IMG/VR virus record: IMGVR_UViG_3300043773_001986
Origin: an uncultured virus (IMG/VR IMGVR_UViG_3300043773_001986)
Taxonomy: Duplodnaviria; Heunggongvirae; Uroviricota; Caudoviricetes
Reading direction: 5' to 3' (one strand)
Length of the DNA: 64,000 bases
Numbering within the stretch: position 1 is the first letter of the stretch; every line of letters begins with the position of its first letter. The translations under genes were made by a program, and so were the position numbers. The notes beneath the pieces were generated by a model, which was not told the DNA's origin, made no database searches, and was given only the letters and a program-made list of their open reading frames with translations. Positions 18,179-28,497 of the stretch are shown piece after piece.

Positions 18179-20320
18179 TTATGCACAACTTACACAATTT
18201 ATGTTGTAAAGAATTATTACACTCACAATTATTGTTGCATCAATCATCCCAATGGATGGATTACACAATGAACTAATTAATATCTCACCTGTCGATATAT
18301 CAATAGTTATTGTTTCTAATTCGGGGTATAGTGATAATAATATTTCAACAACATTAAAATATACACTATCAGTTGGAAAATCGTTTAACGATGTGGAATT
18401 ATAAAAACCAATTGAGTTGGTTACCCCATTTACACTAACTTCACAAACAAAAGTTGCGGCACTTAGTAAACAATTGGTATCACCTGATGTTAAGTCATGA
18501 AAACCTTCAAGATACATCTGTTGTAGTCCCTTTTTGATTAATTGACCCGAATTTACAAAATTATCGTTGCAAATATTTAAAACTTGATATGAAGATATTA
18601 AATTGTATCCGAATAAAGTTACACTTCTTACTTGTGTACATCCATTATCATCTGTAACACTTAGATTGTACGTACCAGCAGTGAGACCAGTTATTGTTAA
18701 ACCAGTTTGTCCACTTGGTGCGTTTGAACTCCATATTAAATTAAACGGAGGTTCACCTTCTAATATAAAAGTTTCTATCATCCCATCATTTCCCGATAGT
18801 GGTGATGTTGGGTTTAATATAAAATTTACCGAGGATGAGGTTGGTATTAATATTGGTAAAAATTGTTGACATAAATTAGCATCAATTACAGATGCTGTGT
18901 AATTACCAGGTGCTAATCCTGAAAATGTATAACCTGACAAACTTGTGTTAACTAAAACACCATCCATCTGATAGATGTAGGGTGGTGTACCTCCACTACT
19001 TATATTTAAAGTAACAACACCATTATTTTGTCCACAAGTTGTACCTGATACAACTGAACTTAAAGTATATAAAATTGTATTATTTATTGTCACAGCTTGA
19101 GTAAAAACACAAGGTCCTCCATCAGTAATTTGTAAGGTGTAATTACCCGATTCCAAGGCATTAAAGTTTACATTTGTTGCATTAGTAACTGTTGTTGCTG
19201 AGTTTCCTGTGAAATCTATCAGAGTATATGAATAAGGAGGGGAACCACCAAATAGAGAAACTGAAACAACACCTGTATTATTATTACATAGTGAGTTGGT
19301 TGTTGAAACTGTTACGTTAGTAAATGAATTCGGAGTCAACAAAATTGTGGATGCCACAAAATTACATAAACCAGCATCAGTTACACTAACTGAGAAATTA
19401 CCTGCGGCAACACCAGTAAATGTATAACTCGAAGCAAAAGTAATTGTTACAGTTCCGTTAGAACCTGAATAATAAAAAGGTGCAGTACCACCAGTTGTAA
19501 CAACTGTTACACTTCCATCCGAAGTGTAACAAGATGGATTTGTAATTGTAAATGTTCCCAATCCAATTGGTGGTACTTCATTTACAACCACACCCAAACT
19601 ATTAGAACAACCAGCACTATCTGTCACCACCACATTGTAATTACCAGGTGTTAATCCTGTGATTGATGGGGTTGTTTGACCATTTGACCACAAATATGTG
19701 TATGGTGGTACTCCAGTTTGACCAGTAACGTAGATTGCCCCTGAGTCCACTGCACATCCCGCATCATTGATGACATATACACCAAAATCTAACGTAGTTG
19801 ATGACTTAACAATACATGATTCAGATTTACCAGTACATCCCCCACCATCGTCCGCAATAACATAATATGTACCTGCAGATAAAGAATTAAATGTGAAGAT
19901 ATTGTTGAAACTTTGTCCTGAAGTAATAAACCCACTCGATATTTCGTATAAACTAAAAGTAGGTGAATTATAATAATTTGTTGTATCAGCAGTAATACTA
20001 CCATTACTCAGATTACAAGTTGTATTCTGAACACCTGTCAAGGTAACACAAGTCCCTGTCGAAATATAGACACTTACAGGAAATGTTGTACTACCTCCTG
20101 AACAACTATCAATAACATTAAATACATAAGAACCACCCGAAAGTCCACTAATTGTGTACCCTGTGGCACCACTAAGTGGAATTGTACCAAAACTAGGGTC
20201 AATCCAAGAAATTGTAAAATCAGGAGCACTACCATTGATACTTATATTAAACGCACCTGAGGACGTATTACTACAATCACCAGTTATACTATTTACTACT
20301 ACATCTAAAAAACAAGACAT
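18179..20320 (-). CDS. SprB-repeat adhesin-like virion protein
   Basis: About seven repeats of C....G.I.V...GG.PPY.Y.W...TGL..G.Y.V.VTD..GC. Likely start is ATG 20320. Confidence 0.8.
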   Translation of the reverse strand: MSCFLDVVVNSITGDCSNTSSGAFNISINGSAPDFTISWIDPSFGTIPLSGATGYTISGLSGGSYVFNVIDSCSGGSTTFPVSVYISTGTCVTLTGVQNTTCNLSNGSITADTTNYYNSPTFSLYEISSGFITSGQSFNNIFTFNSLSAGTYYVIADDGGGCTGKSESCIVKSSTTLDFGVYVINDAGCAVDSGAIYVTGQTGVPPYTYLWSNGQTTPSITGLTPGNYNVVVTDSAGCSNSLGVVVNEVPPIGLGTFTITNPSCYTSDGSVTVVTTGGTAPFYYSGSNGTVTITFASSYTFTGVAAGNFSVSVTDAGLCNFVASTILLTPNSFTNVTVSTTNSLCNNNTGVVSVSLFGGSPPYSYTLIDFTGNSATTVTNATNVNFNALESGNYTLQITDGGPCVFTQAVTINNTILYTLSSVVSGTTCGQNNGVVTLNISSGGTPPYIYQMDGVLVNTSLSGYTFSGLAPGNYTASVIDANLCQQFLPILIPTSSSVNFILNPTSPLSGNDGMIETFILEGEPPFNLIWSSNAPSGQTGLTITGLTAGTYNLSVTDDNGCTQVRSVTLFGYNLISSYQVLNICNDNFVNSGQLIKKGLQQMYLEGFHDLTSGDTNCLLSAATFVCEVSVNGVTNSIGFYNSTSLNDFPTDSVYFNVVEILLSLYPELETITIDISTGEILISSLCNPSIGMIDATIIVSVIILYNINCVSCA

Positions 20321-23300
20321 TATACACAATAAATTGAGAAGTTTATTCCGATATTTAACTTGAAGTTAATATCAGCTTCTGACACAGAACACACTTGATT
20401 ATAAACTACAATAGTATCGTCACTAGTAAAGTAATAATCATAACCTAGTGGTTTAATCAAATTCATAGCGGTAACTAATGCTGTGTCCCAATTCGTAGTT
20501 GTAGGATAACTTAATGGTATTAAATTATATCCTATTCCATTGAAGAATGGGTAAGAAACAACTTGAATATCATCTATCCTAATATCCACATACCACTCTG
20601 TGGTTAACGTATTCAAACTACAATTATTTGGGTCATAACCAATAGAAGTAAGATATTCATTCAACAATTTACCTAAAACACTACCAAAACTACCAAGTTT
20701 TGGGTCACTTAACCAAGGATATTTTGGACACTCTGTGTTTTGTATAGGACAATCGTAGGTATATAAACTATCATTCAACTCACATGGTCTACAAGGATTA
20801 GGTCTCAATGGTGTAAACGATGCAGGATTTGGGCAAATAGTTCTATTAGTTGATGAAATAGTTCCAACATTATTTTTTGTATTCGACCAAACACTACCAA
20901 TTGGGCAATCAGATGTTGAGTTTAAAGTACCTACAAGAGTTCCATCATAATAATATTCCCAACGAGTTGACCCCGAATTATAAGAAATAATTATATCTTT
21001 AACTAAACCACAACAAGGGTCATAACCCAAGAATGATTGTTTGCCATTAACATAACCATTAGGACTCAATGTTGTTATTAATGTACTACTTCCAACTGAA
21101 GCACCAGTAATACTTATACACTCACATAAATCAACAGGGTCAGGTGTTGGTGGTGGTGTATCTAATATAATCTGACAACCTCTTTGTCTTTTCCATTGAA
21201 ATTTCTGTCTATGGAAAATTGAGTTTTCTAACTTGACACCAGTATTCCAAATGGTTGTTGCTGGAACCATTTGTTCAATTAAGCGTATCCAATAATCACC
21301 CAAACCATTAACGTATTCTATCATAGTTTGGTAAGTGAAATTATTGTTTGCTATATTCACATCTTGTAATGATTGTAAATATTTCCAATAAATTGATTGT
21401 AGTGTTGGGTAACCACTAGTTTTACCATCAGTAGAATATTGTCTATTTCTTACATTAATCGTATTCTTCCAAAATGTTTGAGCAAATTCGAAGAAGGTTT
21501 TTTGTTTTGGTTGTGGGTTAATAATCGTCCAATCAACACCATTTCTATCAGGGTAGCAACTTGCCGCGTTTGGAAAACACCCATTCGGATTGACATAATT
21601 CATACCTTGATTTGGTATTGGATAATTGTACAAACGTGACATATACCAAACATCATATAAAAGTCCTTGTGCAGGATTCAAAAATATCTCAGTATTCTTA
21701 ACATTTAAAACTAATTTGTCATCAGCAACGAAGTATCTTGCGTTAATATTACCATCTAAGTTAACTCTTAGTAGTACTTCAGAATCGTACCAAGATTTGT
21801 TATTATCAACAGATGGTGAAATATTATAGCCTAATTGAATAAATGGAAATTTTCTGAATCTGTCTAAATATTCTTGACCATAAGTGTATGGTTTTAAACT
21901 TGTTTGATAATCGGGATTCAGTCCTGTGAAAACACTTAAAGTTGAATTCACTTGTTCAGGTGCTCTGTGTTGTGGGGTTTGTTCAAACCATCCACTACCT
22001 ATCTGAAAAAAATAAGCTTCACTATCCGTTATTGGTTTGGGAAATCCAAATTCGTCAATTGGGAATTCATCAATTGTTATATTAACGTCTTTTATTGTTA
22101 CAGTAGTTGTAAATCCAGTATATTGTACGCCAAACAAAGTGAAGACATTCGAACTTTCTAGTGTTGGTGTTTGTTCTACTAAAGTACCACCTGAAATTTG
22201 TGCATAATAACTATTAAACTTATTTATATTAATTCGTTGGTCGGCTAAGTAAACGTACTCATTAAATTCAACCAAAGCTTCAGGTGCACCAATTAATCTT
22301 AACAAATTTTCAATTGATTTTCTAGTACCTTTTGATTTGAATAAATAAGCGGTATTCAATAAGACATTTCTGTAAAATTGATAATTCAATTCATCGGGTG
22401 TTTGAGCAACTGGAACCCCACTGAACATAGATTTTTCTTGATTTGTTTGACCAAAAACAGAGTTTAAAAAATCAGTATTAGTTATCGGTGAAATATTCGT
22501 CTGCCAACCTAAAGTTTGAGCTAAATTTCTTAATAATTGAGATGGGATGTCATTTCTTACATTGTAGTTAACCGATGTAACATAAGATAAACTTGTGATA
22601 TATTTATTTACCTCATCAAAACTTCTACCATAGATTTGGAGAACTTTATCCATTTTTTGACCAATGGTATCAAATTCTTTAAATGCTGGTGTTGTAAAAA
22701 ATCTTGATACAAGATTTGTCCTATATGAATCAAATGATACACTGATGTCGTTCAACACTGTTAAGTAATCAACAAAAGTGCTTGAGATAATGTCCAAATT
22801 CCATAATCCCAATATTGGCCAAGTTACCGAAGCATTATCGGAGTAATACGTTCCATCATCAGCTTCTTTAGGGATGACGAAAGATGCTGTATATATCGGT
22901 GTTGATGTTCTATTTAATAAGAAGTTTTCAACTTCGTCTAAATTTTCATTAAAAACTTTATTAACTTCACTATCATTTGGTCTTATTATAATATTTCCAA
23001 AAACATTCGTTTCACCTGAAAATGGATTACCAACGACAGTAATACTTAAATTACCTGATGTTAAAGAATTTGTTGGTACTATACGTTTAACTTGATACCC
23101 AATTTCATTATAATATAAGGAATACTTGGCATATTCTAATGTCATATTCCTCAATGTTGATACTGGTATCTCTCTGAGGGACAGATTTCTAGTTGAGTTA
23201 GTTGTATAATCAATTCCAAAAGGATTTCTTATTTTGGTAAGGTCTAATTCAAACGTTGTTTCATTATATTGTAAACTGAAAACAACATTAAATGCTGTTA

Positions 23301-23697
23301 CACCAGTGGAATAATCCAATCTTAATGTCGTTGATTCTAGTGCTGCAGGAAAATAACTAATAACTTGTGTTACTGCAGCTGACATCCTTTTGGCCATAGA
23401 CCCATATAAAACAAAGTTTGTAACTTGAGTTAAATCAAAATTTGGATAAACTTTGTAATTATTTTCTATAATAGCTTTGGCTTGATTAATATCTATGATA
23501 CCCATCGAATCCAAACTGATTGGATTAGAAAAAGTACCAGTGGAAAAGTTTCTATTAACTTTTTCACTTGCCGAAAGTGTAAAATTAAATGTTCCTTGTG
23601 TCAAACCCCCACCAGTAACTAATTGTAAACCAACTAGATTATTTGCAAAAGTACCAGCACCTGATGGTGTTTGAGGAGGACATGTGAATTTAGCCAT
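20320..23697 (-). CDS. baseplate wedge protein (P2 gpI / T4 gp7-like core)
   Basis: DIPSQLLRNLAQTLGW ... YLFKSKGTRKSIENLLRLIG and IEQMVPATT; context upstream of fibres. Confidence 0.7.
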   Translation of the reverse strand: MAKFTCPPQTPSGAGTFANNLVGLQLVTGGGLTQGTFNFTLSASEKVNRNFSTGTFSNPISLDSMGIIDINQAKAIIENNYKVYPNFDLTQVTNFVLYGSMAKRMSAAVTQVISYFPAALESTTLRLDYSTGVTAFNVVFSLQYNETTFELDLTKIRNPFGIDYTTNSTRNLSLREIPVSTLRNMTLEYAKYSLYYNEIGYQVKRIVPTNSLTSGNLSITVVGNPFSGETNVFGNIIIRPNDSEVNKVFNENLDEVENFLLNRTSTPIYTASFVIPKEADDGTYYSDNASVTWPILGLWNLDIISSTFVDYLTVLNDISVSFDSYRTNLVSRFFTTPAFKEFDTIGQKMDKVLQIYGRSFDEVNKYITSLSYVTSVNYNVRNDIPSQLLRNLAQTLGWQTNISPITNTDFLNSVFGQTNQEKSMFSGVPVAQTPDELNYQFYRNVLLNTAYLFKSKGTRKSIENLLRLIGAPEALVEFNEYVYLADQRININKFNSYYAQISGGTLVEQTPTLESSNVFTLFGVQYTGFTTTVTIKDVNITIDEFPIDEFGFPKPITDSEAYFFQIGSGWFEQTPQHRAPEQVNSTLSVFTGLNPDYQTSLKPYTYGQEYLDRFRKFPFIQLGYNISPSVDNNKSWYDSEVLLRVNLDGNINARYFVADDKLVLNVKNTEIFLNPAQGLLYDVWYMSRLYNYPIPNQGMNYVNPNGCFPNAASCYPDRNGVDWTIINPQPKQKTFFEFAQTFWKNTINVRNRQYSTDGKTSGYPTLQSIYWKYLQSLQDVNIANNNFTYQTMIEYVNGLGDYWIRLIEQMVPATTIWNTGVKLENSIFHRQKFQWKRQRGCQIILDTPPPTPDPVDLCECISITGASVGSSTLITTLSPNGYVNGKQSFLGYDPCCGLVKDIIISYNSGSTRWEYYYDGTLVGTLNSTSDCPIGSVWSNTKNNVGTISSTNRTICPNPASFTPLRPNPCRPCELNDSLYTYDCPIQNTECPKYPWLSDPKLGSFGSVLGKLLNEYLTSIGYDPNNCSLNTLTTEWYVDIRIDDIQVVSYPFFNGIGYNLIPLSYPTTTNWDTALVTAMNLIKPLGYDYYFTSDDTIVVYNQVCSVSEADINFKLNIGINFSIYCV

Positions 23698-24605
23698 TAC
23701 GAAGTGATGTTAGTGAAGTTTTTACTGAAATCTATATTATTACCTCTGTCTTGTCTTACCTCAAATAGAAGCTCATTAAACTGGTCTCTGATTTCGTATA
23801 GGTTATATTGTCTGTATATGTTATTTTGACTATCGTAGTAAGTGTAGATACCATCATCAATAGATTTGGTTTGATTACCATAAAGTGCAATAGCCAACGT
23901 TGAGAAATCGTGTTCAGCAACTTCAATATCAAGGGTTATTGGATTGAAGAAAGTATTAGTTATTATGATATCTTGGTCAGGTTGACCAATGTATGGTATT
24001 GCATTCGGTTTATTAGTTGGTGCTGATGATGGTGACAATGTACAAAACAATAATCCACTATTACTATCAGTATATCTGTATCTTATCGCTTTTTGCGAAG
24101 TGTTCGTTAGATTTTGAATTACAGGTTCACAGAAAAATGAAGATGTAATTACTCTAAAAAAGTTAGGTATTTTTGAACCATCTGTGTTAAGATATTCAAT
24201 TCTGAAACCAACTAAACCTTGATTTGTAAACTTGTTTCTATATTGATTTGGTACTTGATTCAAATCAATTATTATACCTCTAACATTAGGTAATGCTGAT
24301 AACACACCACAATCTAATATTTTAGTTCTTATTTGAGTTGGTCTTAAATAAATTGTGTAAATTCCTATTGCATTAAATTGGTCAGCAGGTAATTTTAAAT
24401 TATATAAACCACCTAATATTTCTATGTTAGCATTACCACCAGTACTACTATTGTTAAAGTATGGTCTCAATAATGAAACTGAATCTAATTTAGTCAATAC
24501 AAAATTAGCTGTATCATCCCTTGATGGGGTATAATGTAAAATTATCTCAACGTCTTCTGGTGAAACATCTGATGGTCTTATAGTACCATAACTTGCGAGT
24601 GCCAT
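23697..24605 (-). CDS. putative virion structural protein
   Basis: 302 aa, in the baseplate operon, preceded by the TATTTAT motif. Confidence 0.55.
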   Translation of the reverse strand: MALASYGTIRPSDVSPEDVEIILHYTPSRDDTANFVLTKLDSVSLLRPYFNNSSTGGNANIEILGGLYNLKLPADQFNAIGIYTIYLRPTQIRTKILDCGVLSALPNVRGIIIDLNQVPNQYRNKFTNQGLVGFRIEYLNTDGSKIPNFFRVITSSFFCEPVIQNLTNTSQKAIRYRYTDSNSGLLFCTLSPSSAPTNKPNAIPYIGQPDQDIIITNTFFNPITLDIEVAEHDFSTLAIALYGNQTKSIDDGIYTYYDSQNNIYRQYNLYEIRDQFNELLFEVRQDRGNNIDFSKNFTNITS

Positions 24606-24660
24606 TTATTATTCTTTTATTCTAAGTTTATATTGACTAACCTATTAATAAATATTAAAG

Positions 24661-25839
24661 TTACAACTTTGTAACTTTAAAAAATCCGTAGCCATAATTA
24701 TCTAAATCCCCAAGATTATCAACCTCCCCCAATCTTATCATCGTTTCAATACCCGAATTCTTACCCCTTTCAACAAAAACATTTGTTTGTATTGCAGGTT
24801 CATCAATAACATTGAGTAGTGCTTCATTTTTAGTTATAGCAGAACAAACATAATCAACCTCAGACACACCACTAACGATGAATAAAGTCGTACCATCAGG
24901 ATAGTCATAGTAATCAACACCATTAATAGTATATGCTGTATAACCATTTGGATTCGGTCCCCAAAAAGTACCAACAACATTGGAACTACCTGTAACTTGC
25001 CATCCGATTTTATATTTTCCTAAATAAAAATTAGGGTTATTAATTGAACCATAAACTTCCAAATCATTAAGTCCTGATTTACTATAACCTGATATGATTA
25101 AATCTGAGTTACCCAAAAATGTATTGAATCCTTCTATTGTTGTTTCACAATCTGAATCACCACTATAAATAAAATTGTAATTCAAAGCACTTCCTGACCA
25201 ACTTCCACCAAGTGGGGTAAAATACGCAGTACCATTTGGATTGTTAATCGTAGTTGAAGAGAATGGTATTGTTAGTGTTTTTTGAATTGTGTTATAACCC
25301 CAAGGACTCATACCCGACATAGTTATTGTATATTCTCCAGCAGAACTATATGTGTGAGTATAAGGTGTTGAAGTATAAGGTCCAATAGTTGTTGTTGAAC
25401 CATCGCCCCAACTAATTTGATAGTTCGAAAAACTCAAGTATTTTTTTAGTTCTATTTCTGATGTATTGTAAAGAATTACTGTAAAATTGTTTGGGAATAT
25501 GGTTGAGCCTGTAAAGACAAAATTAGTCATTACATCTTGTTGTAATATCATTCCATCAAATACTGAATAATATCCGAAATCTACAGCTGATTGTGTAAAT
25601 AAAATAGGTAATGTTAGTCCTGTTAATAAAGAAGTCCCATTAGTACCGCCTGATAAAACATTTGTCATAGAGGAGTAAACATACGTAAATCCTTCATATT
25701 TTTGTGTTGTTGAAAAAGTCGTAACACAACAAGGGTCTCCACTAATTTGTGGGGAAAATCCTCCGAAATACGGAACAATAAATAAATCGTTGGATATATT
25801 TTCAGGTGAAATTCTTATGTTATAAATTGTACTTTCCAT
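24661..25839 (-). CDS. structural protein with a PKD/Ig-like domain
   Basis: ISWGDGSTT...HTYSSAGEYTITMS PKD signature. Confidence 0.7.
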   Translation of the reverse strand: MESTIYNIRISPENISNDLFIVPYFGGFSPQISGDPCCVTTFSTTQKYEGFTYVYSSMTNVLSGGTNGTSLLTGLTLPILFTQSAVDFGYYSVFDGMILQQDVMTNFVFTGSTIFPNNFTVILYNTSEIELKKYLSFSNYQISWGDGSTTTIGPYTSTPYTHTYSSAGEYTITMSGMSPWGYNTIQKTLTIPFSSTTINNPNGTAYFTPLGGSWSGSALNYNFIYSGDSDCETTIEGFNTFLGNSDLIISGYSKSGLNDLEVYGSINNPNFYLGKYKIGWQVTGSSNVVGTFWGPNPNGYTAYTINGVDYYDYPDGTTLFIVSGVSEVDYVCSAITKNEALLNVIDEPAIQTNVFVERGKNSGIETMIRLGEVDNLGDLDNYGYGFFKVTKL

Positions 25840-26684
25840 TATAAATTTGGTGGATTAACATATTCGTACCACTTCATAGGATTTGTCGTTGTACCTATTC
25901 TATTATTATGATTTTTACCATCAAAAATTTCATATTTTTTTGTATCGTAATTCAGTTTCACTTTATTATAAAAATATATACTTGAATCAAATTGGTATTT
26001 GTTTGGTAATCGACATTGAGGTTCATTCATCATTCTTACAAAAACACCCAACTTTGCATCAAAAAATTTCATTGACATATAAAAAGTATCTAATGTCAAA
26101 AATTGTGGTACATTTAACCAATAAAAAAAGAAACCCTCTTTGTCACCAACAAAATCCAATTTATACTTTGGTATTTTAACTTGTACTGGTGCTATGTAAG
26201 GTGAAATTGACGCTGTTGTCGTAAAACCTTGTTGAGTTGGTATTATTACGGTAAAATAATTAGTTTGGTTTTTTTCGTCAGGTCTATCGTAAAAATCAAG
26301 TTTGAAAAACGAATTTGCAAAAGAGTTAGCAAAGTAATACAATTCTTTTGAATTGAAACCTTCAGCCAAATAATTATTCCCCCAAAGTGTTAAATCAGGT
26401 GAACTTGATAAAGGGCATGTTGTTGCACTCAAAGTGTTAGGATTTCCACTATAAAAGTAGAATTCGTAGTTAACTGATGTTTGTGTGTTTGTTGGTGAAT
26501 ATTCATTATGTGAATATCTACCAACTTCAAAATCAAATGGAATACCAATAACTTGACCCAAAACCTCATCTTCATAAAGTTCAATACTATCAGACCTTCC
26601 TAAGAAATCTTCTGTAATTTCTATTGGTATGTTTATCTCTTGTGAGGTTACTGGTAATGTTATATAATATCTGTTGTTATTCAC
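25839..26684 (-). CDS. putative baseplate/structural protein
   Basis: 281 aa, translationally coupled within the structural operon. Confidence 0.55.
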   Translation of the reverse strand: MNNNRYYITLPVTSQEINIPIEITEDFLGRSDSIELYEDEVLGQVIGIPFDFEVGRYSHNEYSPTNTQTSVNYEFYFYSGNPNTLSATTCPLSSSPDLTLWGNNYLAEGFNSKELYYFANSFANSFFKLDFYDRPDEKNQTNYFTVIIPTQQGFTTTASISPYIAPVQVKIPKYKLDFVGDKEGFFFYWLNVPQFLTLDTFYMSMKFFDAKLGVFVRMMNEPQCRLPNKYQFDSSIYFYNKVKLNYDTKKYEIFDGKNHNNRIGTTTNPMKWYEYVNPPNL

Positions 26685-28497
26685 AATTATCTATTGTTGG
26701 TTGAGTTATTATAGTTTGTTCTGTATAATTAGTTCCTTCAGGTATTATTCTAAAAGTATAATTGTCATAAGGATAATGAACACCATTTAAAAATGGATAA
26801 TCATAACCCAATCCAGTTGAGTCAACAAAGCCATATGGATATAAATCCCTCCATCTAAAGGTATTTTGTGATGTTGAGAAATATGCGTAATCGGGTACAC
26901 CAACTATTGTGTTAAAATTACCATCCTCAATATAATCAGAAAAAACACGTATTGGTAAACTATAAAATGGTTTATAATAATAACCTCTAGAATTGAGGTT
27001 ATCTATCGTGTTTGAGTTAGTTGCAAAAACAAAAGGATTAAATCGTATTTTATGATATATGTCTACAATCATTCTTTCAGTTTGGGCAAAATTATTCCAC
27101 TCACATATCTCACCATCCATCTCATCCCCCTCATTTAGAGTTTCAACATATGTAAATCCATACTGAGGTTGTGAAGTTTGAGTTGTTGTATATGTTCCAA
27201 TCGGAAAATTTGTTTCAGACCTAGATTCTGAATTTTGCCACCAAGGACTAGGTTGATTAGTTGTTGTATCTAAGGGTAAATTGAATTCCCATCCTTGTTT
27301 TAATCCGTAGAAACCAGTTTGGGGTGAAATTTTAGGCATGCCCAAAGTCCATCCAAAATATCCCTTCCAAATTACCGTAAAAAATAATTCTGTTAATGGT
27401 CTTCGTTGATTGTCTAATAAAGAACCAATATCTATTTTTTTATTGAAGGTTAATGAATATGCTTGACCTCCCTCCTTAACAGAAACTCTTGCCTGGCCAT
27501 CAGGGGTAAAACCACTACTTTCATACTTCTTTACATTGTTGTAACTATTTTCTTCAAAACCAGTTTTAACTAATAAAGCATCATTAACATTTGTAACTAT
27601 TTTGTGTTTTCTAACATAATACTCTGAGATTGTATCAGTGACGTTATTTGGATTTAAAACTCTTTTAGCAGTTCCTTTTAGTCCAACACTGAATGTTGTT
27701 CCGGTGTATCCATAATCAACCAAATTAAAAATATACTCTTCAGAACCATAACTATAATCCCCCAAACTATAAACTTGAAATAATCTACTATTATCGTAAG
27801 TAAAATTTGAACTTAGTTGAACATATTCACCCACATCCATACCATGTTTTATTGGACATCTAAATCTTAAAACATTTCTACCATTGAAAGTTCCTTTTGT
27901 CAATACGAAGGGGATACCATCACCTACTACCCAATTAACTGTCTCATAGTAAGGATTTATATCATCAGGTATCAAAAAGGTTGCAGTGTGTTCCTTGGTA
28001 TAATCATTATCATACCCATACGATAAAAAGAAATTCCAATTATACGTACTTGCACTACTTGCTACAAAATTTATATGATTATTTGGTGATGTTGTGTAAC
28101 CTGAAACATTGTAATCGTTTCGTATAAAATCAAATTCATTATATAGTGGAAAACCACCCCAAGGTAAAGGTGAACTATTATTATTATATACACATCTAGA
28201 ACTTATAACTTCTTCAGCATTGGTGTAATACAAGTTTCGTTCGAAAGGTCTGTAATTGGTTGTACCTGTGTAACCATTTTTGAATACTACATTAAATTTA
28301 CAAGATGGTCTGAACAAATTTGAAGCTTCCCTTTCATCTTGGAATACTTGTTGTAAATTTATATCAGCACTCCTATCGTACTCTATCAACTCACGTTGAG
28401 TACTCTTAAATGGAATCTGAAAGGATAAATCAGTATTTGGCGCTGACTTATACCTCAAAGACCCCAAAACAACTCTTGTATAGTTAATATTTCCCAT
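26677..28497 (-). CDS. putative baseplate/structural protein
   Basis: 606 aa, aromatic- and beta-rich, coupled to neighbours. Confidence 0.55.
   Translation of the reverse strand: MGNINYTRVVLGSLRYKSAPNTDLSFQIPFKSTQRELIEYDRSADINLQQVFQDEREASNLFRPSCKFNVVFKNGYTGTTNYRPFERNLYYTNAEEVISSRCVYNNNSSPLPWGGFPLYNEFDFIRNDYNVSGYTTSPNNHINFVASSASTYNWNFFLSYGYDNDYTKEHTATFLIPDDINPYYETVNWVVGDGIPFVLTKGTFNGRNVLRFRCPIKHGMDVGEYVQLSSNFTYDNSRLFQVYSLGDYSYGSEEYIFNLVDYGYTGTTFSVGLKGTAKRVLNPNNVTDTISEYYVRKHKIVTNVNDALLVKTGFEENSYNNVKKYESSGFTPDGQARVSVKEGGQAYSLTFNKKIDIGSLLDNQRRPLTELFFTVIWKGYFGWTLGMPKISPQTGFYGLKQGWEFNLPLDTTTNQPSPWWQNSESRSETNFPIGTYTTTQTSQPQYGFTYVETLNEGDEMDGEICEWNNFAQTERMIVDIYHKIRFNPFVFATNSNTIDNLNSRGYYYKPFYSLPIRVFSDYIEDGNFNTIVGVPDYAYFSTSQNTFRWRDLYPYGFVDSTGLGYDYPFLNGVHYPYDNYTFRIIPEGTNYTEQTIITQPTIDNCE

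Noticed and set aside
6564..20320. Diversity-generating retroelement acting on fibre genes
   Set aside because: I saw no reverse transcriptase and no template/variable repeat pair in this window.
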